Under the pieces are notes generated by a model, which was given only the letters and a program-made list of their open reading frames with translations, was not told the origin of the DNA and did no database searches. Below are positions 54,008 through 63,344 of a stretch of 64,000 nucleotides of DNA, in pieces. Source of the stretch: an uncultured delta proteobacterium (GTDB taxonomy: Bacteria; Desulfobacterota; Binatia; UBA9968); NCBI GenBank assembly GCA_963847445.1, contig CAWJZV010000034.1:96001-160000 (forward strand). Reading direction: 5' to 3'. A program made the position numbers and the translations under genes. The stretch's first letter is position 1. Every line of letters starts with the position of its first letter.

Positions 54008-57000
54008 TCACGCCTTCTCGACGTTGCACACGAACGCCTTGCCCTCGTGCATCGACACGTTCGGATCGGCTATCAGCGACGTCAGCTCGTTGACGACATC
54101 TCCGGTGGACAGACCTTCATAGCCCCAGTGCCAAGGCATGCCCACCTGATGGATGACTTTGCCGTCGATCTTGAAGGGGCGCATGCGGCGCGTGACCAGC
54201 GCCTTGGCGCGGATCTGCGTCCGCGGGCTGGTGATCTCGCACCAGTCGAGGTTCTTGATGCCTTTCTCCTTGGCCAGCTCGGGACTGATCTCGACGAACA
54301 GCTCAGGCTGCAGCTCGGCGAGCCAGGGCAGCCAGCGGCTCATGCCGCCCGCCAGATAGTGCTCGGTCAGCCGGTAGGTCGTCAGCACGTAGGGGAACTT
54401 CGGGATCGCCCATCTTCGCCAAGACGTTGCCGTCAGCCTTCCAATGTTTGTAGACCGGGCTGGTCTGCTGTTTGTAGAGCGAGTTGGCGACCGGCGATTC
54501 GACCGGCTCGTAGTGGGTCGGCAGCGGCCCGTCGACCAGGCCCTCGGCACGAACAGCCAGCCCACTCCGTCGGCCGCATGATAAACGGCGCGGTGCCGGG
54601 GAGCGCGTCCATGCCGGCCGCGCCCGGCTTCGCCTTGTCGGTGGGCGGTTTCGCGGCGATATAGTCAGGCACGTCGTAACCGACCCATTTTTTTGCCTCC
54701 GCGTCCCACCAGACCCACTTCTTTTTTTCGCTCCAGGGCTTGCCGTCGGGGTCGGCCGAGGCGCGGTTGTACATCACCCGCCGGTTGGCCGGCCACGCCC
54801 AGCCCCAGTCGAGTTGCGCGCCGGGTTTGCCGGGCGGGTCGGGAGTGCGCCGGTCGGCGAGCAGCTTGCCCACGGCGCGGGATAGACGCCCGAGTAGATC
54901 CACGAGGCGCAGGTCGTCGAGCCGTCGTCCTTGAGCTCGCCGAAACCGACGCAATGGCGCGCCGGGATCGTCGGTGAAAAAGCCGTTGATCTCTTTGAGA
55001 ATTTTCAGCGCCGAAGGCTCGCCCTTCTTGCGCTCGGCTTCGTTCTCGTGCTCGTAGTCCCAGACGAGGTTTTTGAAGCCCTCGTCGCGCGGCAGCGGTC
55101 GAGTCGGCGTAGAGTTTCTTCAGCCGCTTGCCGAGATCGTAGGTGAACAACGTGTCCGATCGGCAATCGCCGGGCGCCTCGGCCGCCTTGTGATGGAACT
55201 GTAACAGCCGCTGGGTGTTGGTGAAGGTGCCTTCGAGCTCGGCGACCTGGGTGGCCGGCAAGAAGAAAACCTCGGTTTTGATGTCCGCGGTCTTGACCTC
55301 GCCGTTCTTGACTTCGGGCGCGTTCTTCCAGAAGGTCGCCGTCTCCGTGAGCCAGTTGTCCTTCACCACCAGCCATTCGAGCTTCCTCAGTCCGGAGCGT
55401 TCGAGCTTGGCGTTGATCGAGGTGGCGGGGTTCTGGCCGATGCAGATCATGCCCTTCACGTTGCCGGCGTTCATCGCCGCGAACATCGGCCATGTGCGAG
55501 TGGTCGCCGAGGATCTTCGGGTGCCAGTCGTAGCCGAAGTCGTTCTCCTTGGTCGCCGCGTCGCCGTACATCGACTTCAGGTAGGAGACCATGAACTTCG
55601 GCATGTTGGCCCAGTAGCCGGTCGGTATGCGTCTCGGCCGCGATGTAATCTTGCAGCGTGTCGTGTTGCTTCAGCGCCGGTCGGTGCCGCCAGATGTAAC
55701 CGTGGATCGAGTGGTAAAGCGTGGGAATGTCGGTCGAGCCCTGGATCGAGGCGTGGCCGCGCAGCGCCATGACGCCCGCGCCGGGACGGCCGATGTTGCC
55801 GAGCAGAAGTTGCAGCAGCGCGCAGGCGCCGATGATCTGGACGCCGTAGGTGTGCTGCGTCCAGGCGACGGCGTAGGCGAACGAAGTCGTCTCGCTCCGC
55901 GCCGGAATTGGCCAGAATGGTCTCGGCGACCTGGAGAAAAGTTTCTTTGGGGCAGCCGGTGGCCTTCTCGACCATCTCCGGCGTGTAGCGGGCGAAATGC
56001 CGTTTGACGATCTGGAACACGCAGCGCGGGATTCTGCAGCGTCTCGTCTTTCATGCGCCGGCCGCACAACGACGCTACCAGTGGCTCGAATGGTGGGCCA
56101 TGCGGGGCTTGGCGGCTGCCGGCGCGCTCGGCGCCGGTGTCGCCGCTTTCTCCGGTCGGTCCCGAGGCTGTTGCTCTCGCCGGACCGCGCGTCGCGCGGC
56201 CTCTTCGCCCTGAGCGCCGACTGGTGCGGCGTATTGCCAGGTCGCGCCGTCGTACTGATCGGTGAAACCGTTGAACGGCCATTCGGCGCATCGCCGCCTT
56301 TGGCCGGCGCAAGGCCGGAGAACACTCCGTCGAGATCTTCGGTGTCCTTGAAGTCCTCGTTGATGATCGTCGCGGCGTTGGTGTAGTTGGCGACGAATGT
56401 CTTGAAGAACGGATCCTTGTTCCACTTCTCGCTGTCGAGAACGTAGTTGATGACGCCGCCGAGAAAGGCGATGTCCGAGCCGGCGCGCACCGGCGCGTAA
56501 ATATCGGCGACGGCGCTGGTGCGGGTGAAGCGCGGATCGACGTGGATGATCTTGGCGCCATGCTCGACCTTGGCCTTCATCGGCCAGCGGAAGGCGACGG
56601 GATGGTTCTCCGCCATGTTGGAGCCCATGACGATGACGCAGTCGGAGTCGTACATGCTGCGCGGGATAGAGGGTGGCCGCGCCGCGGCCGAATCGGGTCC
56701 CCAGACCGGGGACGCTAGAGCTGTGTCATATCCGCGCCTGGTTCTCGATGGCGACGATGCCCAGGCCGCGCATCAGCTTTTGGTGCACATGGTTGAACTC
56801 GACCTCGAGGGTGGCGCCGCCGAGGGAGAAGATGGCTGGCGTCATATTGACGTGCTTGCCGTTGGGCAGCTTTTCGATGAACGTCTCGTCGCGGGTCTTC
56901 TTCACCAGCTCGGCGATGCGGTTCATCGCGCGCTCGAGGTCCCATACCTCCCAGTCGGTGGCGCCGGCGTTGCGATGCAAGCACCTGCGTCGGTCGATTG

Positions 57001-57303
57001 GGATTGACGTGGAGTTGGAAGATCGCCGCGCCCTTTGGGACAGAGCGTGCCCTCGTTGTGCGGACTGCGCGGATCGCCTTCGATGTTGACGATCTGCCCA
57101 TTGACCGTATGAACCAGCGTGCCGCAGCCGACGGAGCAATAGGGGCAGACGCTCGGGGTGACCTTGGCGTCTTTGATTCTGAGTTCCTGCGCGCGCGCGA
57201 CCGCCGGCCCTAGGTTAACTCCCGAACCGATCAGACCGCTGAGCGCCGTGCCGGTGCCCGCAGCGACTGAAAGCCGGAGAAAATCTCGTCGTGAAACTTC
57301 CAT
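54008..57303 (-). CDS. fdnG: Formate dehydrogenase alpha subunit (FdnG-type), Tat-exported selenoprotein; several frameshifts
   Basis: SRRDFL Tat motif; CPYCSVGC...LCPKG; ENQARI-U-HSS (TGA 56726-56728); GSNMAENHP, RGHASIQG, TTYRLTEH, VGMPWHWG. Confidence 0.92.
56697..56725 (-). promoter_or_regulatory. Bacterial SECIS element
   Basis: TGA-CACAGCTCTAGC-GTCCCC-GGTCT-GGGGAC; hairpin starts 12 nt after the UGA. Confidence 0.85.
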
Positions 57304-57442
57304 GTTTTGACTCCTTTTTCTGAAGCGAAAGGATGGAGTGAAAAACAGCAGACACTGGGAAGCGACATGATTTCACAATCGGTGAGCCGATATCTTTATT
57401 GCCGGACGAAGCTCGATGCACGACAACGGTGAAACGACGGGC

Positions 57443-57502
57443 ATCCTATCGCCGGGAGAATCAATGTCAAGGGAAAAATGGAGTCGTGAAAAATGGAGTC
57501 GG
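57443..57502 (-). promoter_or_regulatory. Sigma70-type promoter for fdh operon with upstream tandem repeat
   Basis: Minus strand TTGACA (57470-57465), 16 bp, TAGGAT (57448-57443); gaaaaatggagtcg twice at 57473-57502. Confidence 0.6.
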
Positions 57503-57524
57503 TGTTGAGGCTATGCTTCAACAC
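57502..57524 (-). terminator. Hairpin directly after tupC stop
   Basis: GTGTTGAGGC-tat-GCTTCAACAC inverted repeat; U-tract is offset. Confidence 0.5.
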
Positions 57525-57525
57525 T

Positions 57526-58617
57526 TCATTTTCGTTTGATCACATGAACCGCCGATGCGTTGAACGAAGCAACGACCTCGTCTCCCTCTGCTATCTTAAG
57601 TTCGAGGAATGACGGTCTGGTGATGAAGGCGACGAGACGGTTTTCCCCGCATGACAGCGTCACCCGGTAGTGAGCGCCCCAAGGAGTGACTTTCAGCGCC
57701 TTGCCCTGAAGCCGGTTGCACGCGCTCGATTTGGCGGCCTCCACTCCCGGCAGACTCACAGTGATATCCTCCGGTCGAAGGCAAAGAAACAGCTGCTCGC
57801 CGGGGTGAAAATTGCCGACCACCTGGGCACAGCCGCCATTAACGCGGACTTGGGCCGATTCGTCGCTCGCGCTCTCCACGACTCCAGGGATTTTGGTGTC
57901 GAACCCGACGAAGTGAGCGACCTCCAGGTTCTCCGGATGAGCGAAGACTTCCGTCGTCGACCCGGTCTGGAGCAGCTTGCCGCCTATGAGCACCGCAATT
58001 CGGTCGCCGAACATGAAAGCTTCGTCACGATCGTGGGTGACGAACACGGTGGTGATACCCGTTTCGCGCAGTATGCGCTCCAGATCAAGCAGCAGGCCCT
58101 CGCGCGTTGGCGGGTCGAGGGGAGAAAAGGGTTCGTCTAAAAAGAGCATCTCGGGGTCGAGCGCCAGGGCGCGAGCCAAGCTGGCGCGCTGGGCCTCGCC
58201 GCCGGAGAGGCTTCGAGCCCGGCGGCGCATAAGATGGCCGATGCCGAGCCGCTCGAGCCAGGGTTGAACCCGCCGTTCGATGGAGCGGCGGTCCAAACCG
58301 CGCAGTCTTAAGCCCAACGCCGCGTTGTCATAGACCGAGGCATTTAACAGCAGCGGCTCCTGAAAAACGCTCGCCATGCGGCGCCGGATGGCGAGGCCAT
58401 CGGATGGGATTACTTCGCGGTCATGAAAGTAGATCTTGCCCCGGGTCGGTTGCTGCAGTTGTCCCATCAGGCGGAGCAGCGTCGATTTTCCCGCGCCATT
58501 GGGTCCGATGACGGCGAGATTTTCACCGGTGTGAATGGCCAGAGAAGAAAATTCAAGGATGGTGGACGGACCGTAACGAACCAGGATGTCGCGAAGAGTT
58601 AGGAGGGCTTCGGCCAT
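57526..58617 (-). CDS. tupC: Tungstate ABC transporter ATPase with C-terminal TOBE domain
   Basis: GPNGAGKST, LSGGEAQR, LDEPF, VTHD; follows tupB. Confidence 0.88.
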   Translation of the reverse strand: MAEALLTLRDILVRYGPSTILEFSSLAIHTGENLAVIGPNGAGKSTLLRLMGQLQQPTRGKIYFHDREVIPSDGLAIRRRMASVFQEPLLLNASVYDNAALGLRLRGLDRRSIERRVQPWLERLGIGHLMRRRARSLSGGEAQRASLARALALDPEMLFLDEPFSPLDPPTREGLLLDLERILRETGITTVFVTHDRDEAFMFGDRIAVLIGGKLLQTGSTTEVFAHPENLEVAHFVGFDTKIPGVVESASDESAQVRVNGGCAQVVGNFHPGEQLFLCLRPEDITVSLPGVEAAKSSACNRLQGKALKVTPWGAHYRVTLSCGENRLVAFITRPSFLELKIAEGDEVVASFNASAVHVIKRK

Positions 58618-59312
58618 CGGATCTGCTCGCGCTGCTGAATGTGGGTGAGGAGAAGATTCACCGCAAAGGTGAGAAGGAGGAGAATCAAACCGAGGGCGAT
58701 GGCGATTTCAAAGTTGCCTTTGCCGGTTTCCAAAACGGTCGCGGTCGTCAGCACGCGGGTCTGGCCGCGAATGTTGCCGCCGACCATCATCGAGGCGCCG
58801 ACTTCGGAGATGACACCGCCGAAACCGGCCATGATCGCCGCGAGCAAAGGCAGCCGGGCTTCCTTGCAGAGCAACCAGAGGAGTTGCGGTGTCGATGCGC
58901 CGATTCCCAGTAGCTGAAGCGACAAATTGGGATTGAGGCTTTGGAACGCAGCCATGGTCAGGCCGGCGACGATGGGAAATGCGATCACCACCTGAGCGAT
59001 GATCATCGCCGTCGGCGTGTAGAGCAATTCCATATAACCGAGCGGGCCGCTGCGCCAGAGAAAGATCGTGACGAACAATCCGACGACCACGGGCGGAAGT
59101 CCCATGCCGGTATTAATCAGGCTGACGGCGAGGCTGTGGCCTGGGAAGCGCTTCATGGCGAGTAAAATTCCCAGGGGAATTCCGACGACGAGGGATAGTC
59201 CGGTGGCGGCGCCGGAAACCTGCAACGAGAAAAGGGTAATCCCGAGCACCTCGGCATCGCCGGTGAACAGAAGCCAACAGGCGTGCTTGATCCCTTGCCA
59301 GACGAGTTCCAC
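58599..59312 (-). CDS. tupB: Tungstate ABC transporter permease
   Basis: NTGMGLPPVVVGL, SEVGASMMVGGNI...TRVLTTA. Confidence 0.92.
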   Translation of the reverse strand: MELVWQGIKHACWLLFTGDAEVLGITLFSLQVSGAATGLSLVVGIPLGILLAMKRFPGHSLAVSLINTGMGLPPVVVGLFVTIFLWRSGPLGYMELLYTPTAMIIAQVVIAFPIVAGLTMAAFQSLNPNLSLQLLGIGASTPQLLWLLCKEARLPLLAAIMAGFGGVISEVGASMMVGGNIRGQTRVLTTATVLETGKGNFEIAIALGLILLLLTFAVNLLLTHIQQREQIRWPKPS

Positions 59313-59313
59313 G

Positions 59314-60189
59314 CTATTCTCCCACTTGGTCTTCGCGCATTCCCGCGACCGGAATGAACAGCGGCTGGCCGAACTTTTCGACGCCGAAGCTCTTGATCAC
59401 GGCCTGGGTCTCCGGCGCGACCATGAAATCGGCGAAGGTTTTTCCACCGGCGACGTTGATTCGCGGGCCGTTGGCGGGATTCACTTCCATCACCGAATAG
59501 ATGTTCAAGAGCGGCCTGTCGCCCTCCAGTAGGATCGCCAGAGTTACCCGCTTACGAAAGGCCAGATAGGTCGCGCGGTCGGTGATCGTGTAGCCGTTGC
59601 GGTCATTAGCGATGCCTAGCGTCGCGCCCATGCCTTGGCCCGATTCGATGTACCAAGCACCCTTGGGCTCAATTCCCGCCTGTTTCCAAAGCGACTTTTC
59701 AAGGTTGTGGGTGCCGGAGTTGTCTCCACGAGAGACGAACCGGCTCGCGCTCGCCGCGATCCGCTTCATCGCGTCAATGCTGCTCTTGGGGCTGCTTTTG
59801 GTCGATTTGACCTGGGCGGGATCGCTCGCCGGACCGAGCAGGATAAAGTCGTTGTACATGACGAGGCGGCGGTTGAGCAGCTTGCCGTCGGCGACGTATT
59901 TTTTCTCCAGGCTCGGCGCATGGACCAACGCCACATCCGCCTCTCCCTTGGCCGCCAACTCGAGAGCTTGGCCGGTGCCGACCGAGACGGTCTTTACGCT
60001 GTGGCCGCTCTTTTTCTCGAACAGCGGCACCAGAACATCCAGCAGACCCGAGTCCTGTGTGCTGGTGGTGGTTGACAGGATGATGTTTTTGCTGGCCGCT
60101 TCTCCGGCGGGAAGATGGGATGGGATAGCCAGAACGAATGCCAGGGCAGCGAGCAAGGTCGGGGAAGAGAATTTCTTTTGCATAACCAA
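59314..60189 (-). CDS. tupA: Tungstate-binding protein
   Basis: TTTSTQDSGLL signature, GTGQAL, VHAP, MYNDF, SRGDNSGTH, GQGMG. Confidence 0.95.
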   Translation of the reverse strand: MVMQKKFSSPTLLAALAFVLAIPSHLPAGEAASKNIILSTTTSTQDSGLLDVLVPLFEKKSGHSVKTVSVGTGQALELAAKGEADVALVHAPSLEKKYVADGKLLNRRLVMYNDFILLGPASDPAQVKSTKSSPKSSIDAMKRIAASASRFVSRGDNSGTHNLEKSLWKQAGIEPKGAWYIESGQGMGATLGIANDRNGYTITDRATYLAFRKRVTLAILLEGDRPLLNIYSVMEVNPANGPRINVAGGKTFADFMVAPETQAVIKSFGVEKFGQPLFIPVAGMREDQVGE

Positions 60190-60203
60190 CTCCTCAATCT
60201 AGC

Positions 60204-61097
60204 TTAGCTTGACGCGATCATCCGGCCGGAGTCGGAAGTGTCATAGCCGCCCAACGCCTCCACGCGGCTGCGGAAATCCCGCGATCCGACGATCTCGAGC
60301 AGGGCCTGAACGCCCGGAGAGAAGAATCGCGCTTTGGGGATCACGATGTCGAATCGCTCCCGGGTGAGAGGAATGAAGTCGAGGCCCAGCAGCTGAGCGG
60401 CCGTGCCCGAGGCGATTCCCACGTCGGCCTCCGCTCGGAGGATTTTCAACCCGACTTCGAGGTGTGTGGCGACCGCCACGTCGTATCCCTTGATCCTTTT
60501 CGCGGCGATGCCGAGGTTGGAAAATTGTTGGTCGATGTAGTGGCGCGTCCCAGAGCCTGCTTGCCGGTTGATCATCCGGACGCCGGGTCGTCCAAGGTCG
60601 GCAAGCGTTCGCAGACCGAGAGGATTTCCCGCTCCGAGCAATAGGCCGAGTTCGCGATGGAATAGCGGGACTAGCGCGACACCTGAGGCAATCGTTCTGC
60701 GGACGAAGGGGAGATTGTACTCGCCGGTCTCCGGATCGAGCAGATGAGATAGGGCGATGTCCGCGACGCCGTCGCGGAGCGCGGCCAATCCGCCGCTGCT
60801 TCCGGAAGTCGCGAAAAAGATCGATGCAGATGTCTCGCGAGCCGCGTAGAGTTCGCGCAGAATCCCGAGGCTCGGGTCATCGCTGCCCGCCGCGAGAAGA
60901 AATTGCTCGGTTTTTTTGCTGCTGGTGATGCCCCGGCTATTTTCTTCGATCCATTCATCGATCAGCCGCTTGGGGAAAACCCACTTTCCGGTGACCCGCG
61001 TACATGGGAGCTTGCCGGCCTTGGCCATGAAATAGACCTTCTTCTCATTGATCCCGATGTACTTCGCCAGTTCCTTGGTATTTAAGAATTCGTTCAT
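60204..61097 (-). CDS. Excisionase-type HTH plus molybdate/tungstate-binding PBP regulator (TaoR-like)
   Basis: LNTKELAKYIGINEKKVY...GKWVFP; AGSDDP, GSSGGL, INRQAGSGTR, ERFDIV, LGGYD. Confidence 0.85.
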   Translation of the reverse strand: MNEFLNTKELAKYIGINEKKVYFMAKAGKLPCTRVTGKWVFPKRLIDEWIEENSRGITSSKKTEQFLLAAGSDDPSLGILRELYAARETSASIFFATSGSSGGLAALRDGVADIALSHLLDPETGEYNLPFVRRTIASGVALVPLFHRELGLLLGAGNPLGLRTLADLGRPGVRMINRQAGSGTRHYIDQQFSNLGIAAKRIKGYDVAVATHLEVGLKILRAEADVGIASGTAAQLLGLDFIPLTRERFDIVIPKARFFSPGVQALLEIVGSRDFRSRVEALGGYDTSDSGRMIASS

Positions 61098-61150
61098 TAC
61101 GACCGCCGAGAGATGCGGCTCTTCTTTATTGCCGATTGGGAAAAAATGCA

Positions 61151-61191
61151 ACTAAAATTACAAAAAATAACTTTTACTGACAATAAATAAC
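61151..61191. promoter_or_regulatory. AT-rich phased direct repeats upstream of regulator-tupABC
   Basis: AC at 61160, 61170, 61180, 61190; units acaaaaaata / acttttactg / acaataaata. Confidence 0.5.
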
Positions 61192-61278
61192 GCGGATATG
61201 GGTGTCACGGCTTCAGTCCGCGCTATGAGACCGCAAGACGGGGACAACTGTGGCAGGATTACAGTTGGAGATCCTCGA

Positions 61279-61458
61279 TTACTTCAACCGCGCGCGCAGG
61301 CGCTCAATGAGGGCGGTAACTTCTTCGAGCCGAAGCTTCAGCTCGGCGTCAGCCTTGTTTAGCTCCTCGGGCGCTGCACCTTTATCGACCGCATCGTCGA
61401 ATGCGGTCACGGCAACGCCGAACACTTTCAGTACGCGTCGCGTTTCATCGCTGGGCAT
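61279..61458 (-). CDS. Small helical protein (59 aa), absent from the ORF track
   Basis: GGAGGAG SD; MPSDETRRVLKVFGVAVTAFDDAVDKGAAPEELNKADAELKLRLEEVTALIERLRARLK*. Confidence 0.75.
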   Translation of the reverse strand: MPSDETRRVLKVFGVAVTAFDDAVDKGAAPEELNKADAELKLRLEEVTALIERLRARLK

Positions 61459-61481
61459 AGCTCCTCCTTCATCGCCGCGGT

Positions 61482-63341
61482 TTAGAGATTCGAGTTCCGA
61501 GTTTTGGGTTGACCCGAAAGCCGAGACTCGAGACTCGAAACCGGAGCTTCAATTCCAAGCTCTCTTAGCTTGCTCTGAGGAATGAAGCCGTTCTCATCCC
61601 AGCCCCTTGCTTGGTAATAGCCGCCAATCATCTCGCGGAGATCGTTGACGCTTAGGCCGACACCCTGGGCGACGCCGGTAGGCAGGGTCTCGCGGAGCAG
61701 CCGCTCTGGCAGCCAGTCGTCTTCGGCGCGCCAGCCCTCGCGCTGGTTGAAAAGCTTTTTTAAGTTGTGAATGCGTTCGCCGGTGCGCTTGAGCTCGTCG
61801 CTGGAATAATCCCAGCCGGTGACTTTGCTGAGCAGTTCGGCGCCTTCACGGTAAAAGTCGCTGAAGCACTTGCGCAGGAATTTACAGACGATCAGCGAAT
61901 CGAGCACGGCGGCGAAATCCTCGGAGGCGGCGACAATGGAGCCCCTGCCGGGGTCGGATCGTAAACGATCGACATCGCCGGAAAAGTCGGCCTCGTAGGC
62001 ACCGGAGCGATTGTGGCAGGCGCCGCGCGGGCTAACCGCGAGACCCAGAGCCATGGTTTTCAAGCTGCGCGGTTCATAGCCGGGAAGCTCCAATCCTTTG
62101 ACATGCATCGCCCAACGCTGAGTATCTGGACCGGTTTCGATGGCGGCGCGGCGCGAGCCTTCGGCGAGCAAGGCACCGACGCCTTGGCGCTCAGCGATAG
62201 CACCGATGGCGGCGAAAAGAGCGTCGCACTGACCGAAGCGCAAGCCGAGCTCTGCCGCTTCGGGCAACAATCCTCTCTCGCTGCACTCCATCGCCCAGGC
62301 GAGGGTGCCGCCGGTGCTGATGGTGTCAATGCCAAATTGGTCGCAGAGCTGCGCGGCGTGGAGCACCGCCTGCGGATCTTTAATGCCGCAGAGCGGCCCG
62401 AGCGCGAATAAGGTTTCGTATTCGAGCCGCTGCTCCTCGCCGTTGAGAGCTTTGAACAGCCGCTCACATTGGATCGTGCAGGATGCGCATCCATGCCGGC
62501 GGCTGAAGTTGTTGATGGTGAGAGTTTCCCCGCTCAACGCCTCGGCGTGGTCAAAGGTCGACTGCTGAAAATTGCGCGTCGGCAAAGTTCCCAGCCGGTT
62601 GAATACCGCCAGGTTGGCCACGGTGCCGATATTTCGGTACTTGTCGGTGAGCGAGCCCAGACTCTGGCGGCGCAGAGAGCCGGCGATCGCGTCGACGCCG
62701 CTTGGATCGGCCACCGAAATCTCTCGGTTGCCGCGCAGAGCGATGGCTTTGAGATTCTTCGACCCCATCACCGCGCCGACCCCGCCGCGCCCGGCGTGGC
62801 GCCCTTCGTTGCTGATGGTGGCGAAGCGCACCAGGTTCTCGCCGGCTTTACCGATGGCGGCCACACGCATTGACTGAGAGCTCAGCTCCGCGCGAATCAT
62901 GGTTTCGGTTTCGCTCGGGCTGTGTCCTCTCAGGTTCTCAGCTTGGCTAATCTCGACTCGATCATTTTGGATCGAGATGTACACCATCGACGATGCCCGG
63001 CCGGTGATCACCAGAGCGTCGATGCCGACGCGCTTGAGCTCGAGGGCGAAGTGGCTCGACGACAGCGAGTCGGCGATAAAGCCGGTGAGCGGGGATTTCG
63101 TCACCACGGCGAATTTCGCCGTGGTCGTCAGACCGGTGCCGACCAATGGCGCGCTCGTGAAAATCAGCGGGTTGGCCGGCGCATACGGATCGACTCCCGC
63201 CGGCGCGAATTCGTAGAGCAGGCTCGTGCCTAGTCCGATGCCGCCAAGGAATGCGCGTAGACGCGACGCTTCAAGCGCGCGCCACGAGACCTTTCCGCAA
63301 GTCAGATCGATATGGAGCAGTCGTCCGTGAAAGCCATGCAT
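61482..63341 (-). CDS. aor: Tungsten-dependent aldehyde:ferredoxin oxidoreductase (canonical motifs)
   Basis: AGRGGVGAVMGSKNLKA, CASCTIQC, EYET, DQFGIDTIS, RGACH, DSLIVC, YYQARGWD. Confidence 0.93.
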   Translation of the reverse strand: MHGFHGRLLHIDLTCGKVSWRALEASRLRAFLGGIGLGTSLLYEFAPAGVDPYAPANPLIFTSAPLVGTGLTTTAKFAVVTKSPLTGFIADSLSSSHFALELKRVGIDALVITGRASSMVYISIQNDRVEISQAENLRGHSPSETETMIRAELSSQSMRVAAIGKAGENLVRFATISNEGRHAGRGGVGAVMGSKNLKAIALRGNREISVADPSGVDAIAGSLRRQSLGSLTDKYRNIGTVANLAVFNRLGTLPTRNFQQSTFDHAEALSGETLTINNFSRRHGCASCTIQCERLFKALNGEEQRLEYETLFALGPLCGIKDPQAVLHAAQLCDQFGIDTISTGGTLAWAMECSERGLLPEAAELGLRFGQCDALFAAIGAIAERQGVGALLAEGSRRAAIETGPDTQRWAMHVKGLELPGYEPRSLKTMALGLAVSPRGACHNRSGAYEADFSGDVDRLRSDPGRGSIVAASEDFAAVLDSLIVCKFLRKCFSDFYREGAELLSKVTGWDYSSDELKRTGERIHNLKKLFNQREGWRAEDDWLPERLLRETLPTGVAQGVGLSVNDLREMIGGYYQARGWDENGFIPQSKLRELGIEAPVSSLESRLSGQPKTRNSNL

Positions 63342-63344
63342 GAC

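Noticed and set aside
57366-57378. Rex operator upstream of fdnG
   Set aside because: Only one TTCACAA half-site, no palindrome
57304-57440. Moco/Wco riboswitch in the fdh leader
   Set aside because: No recognisable conserved structure by eye; an Rfam/Infernal scan would be needed
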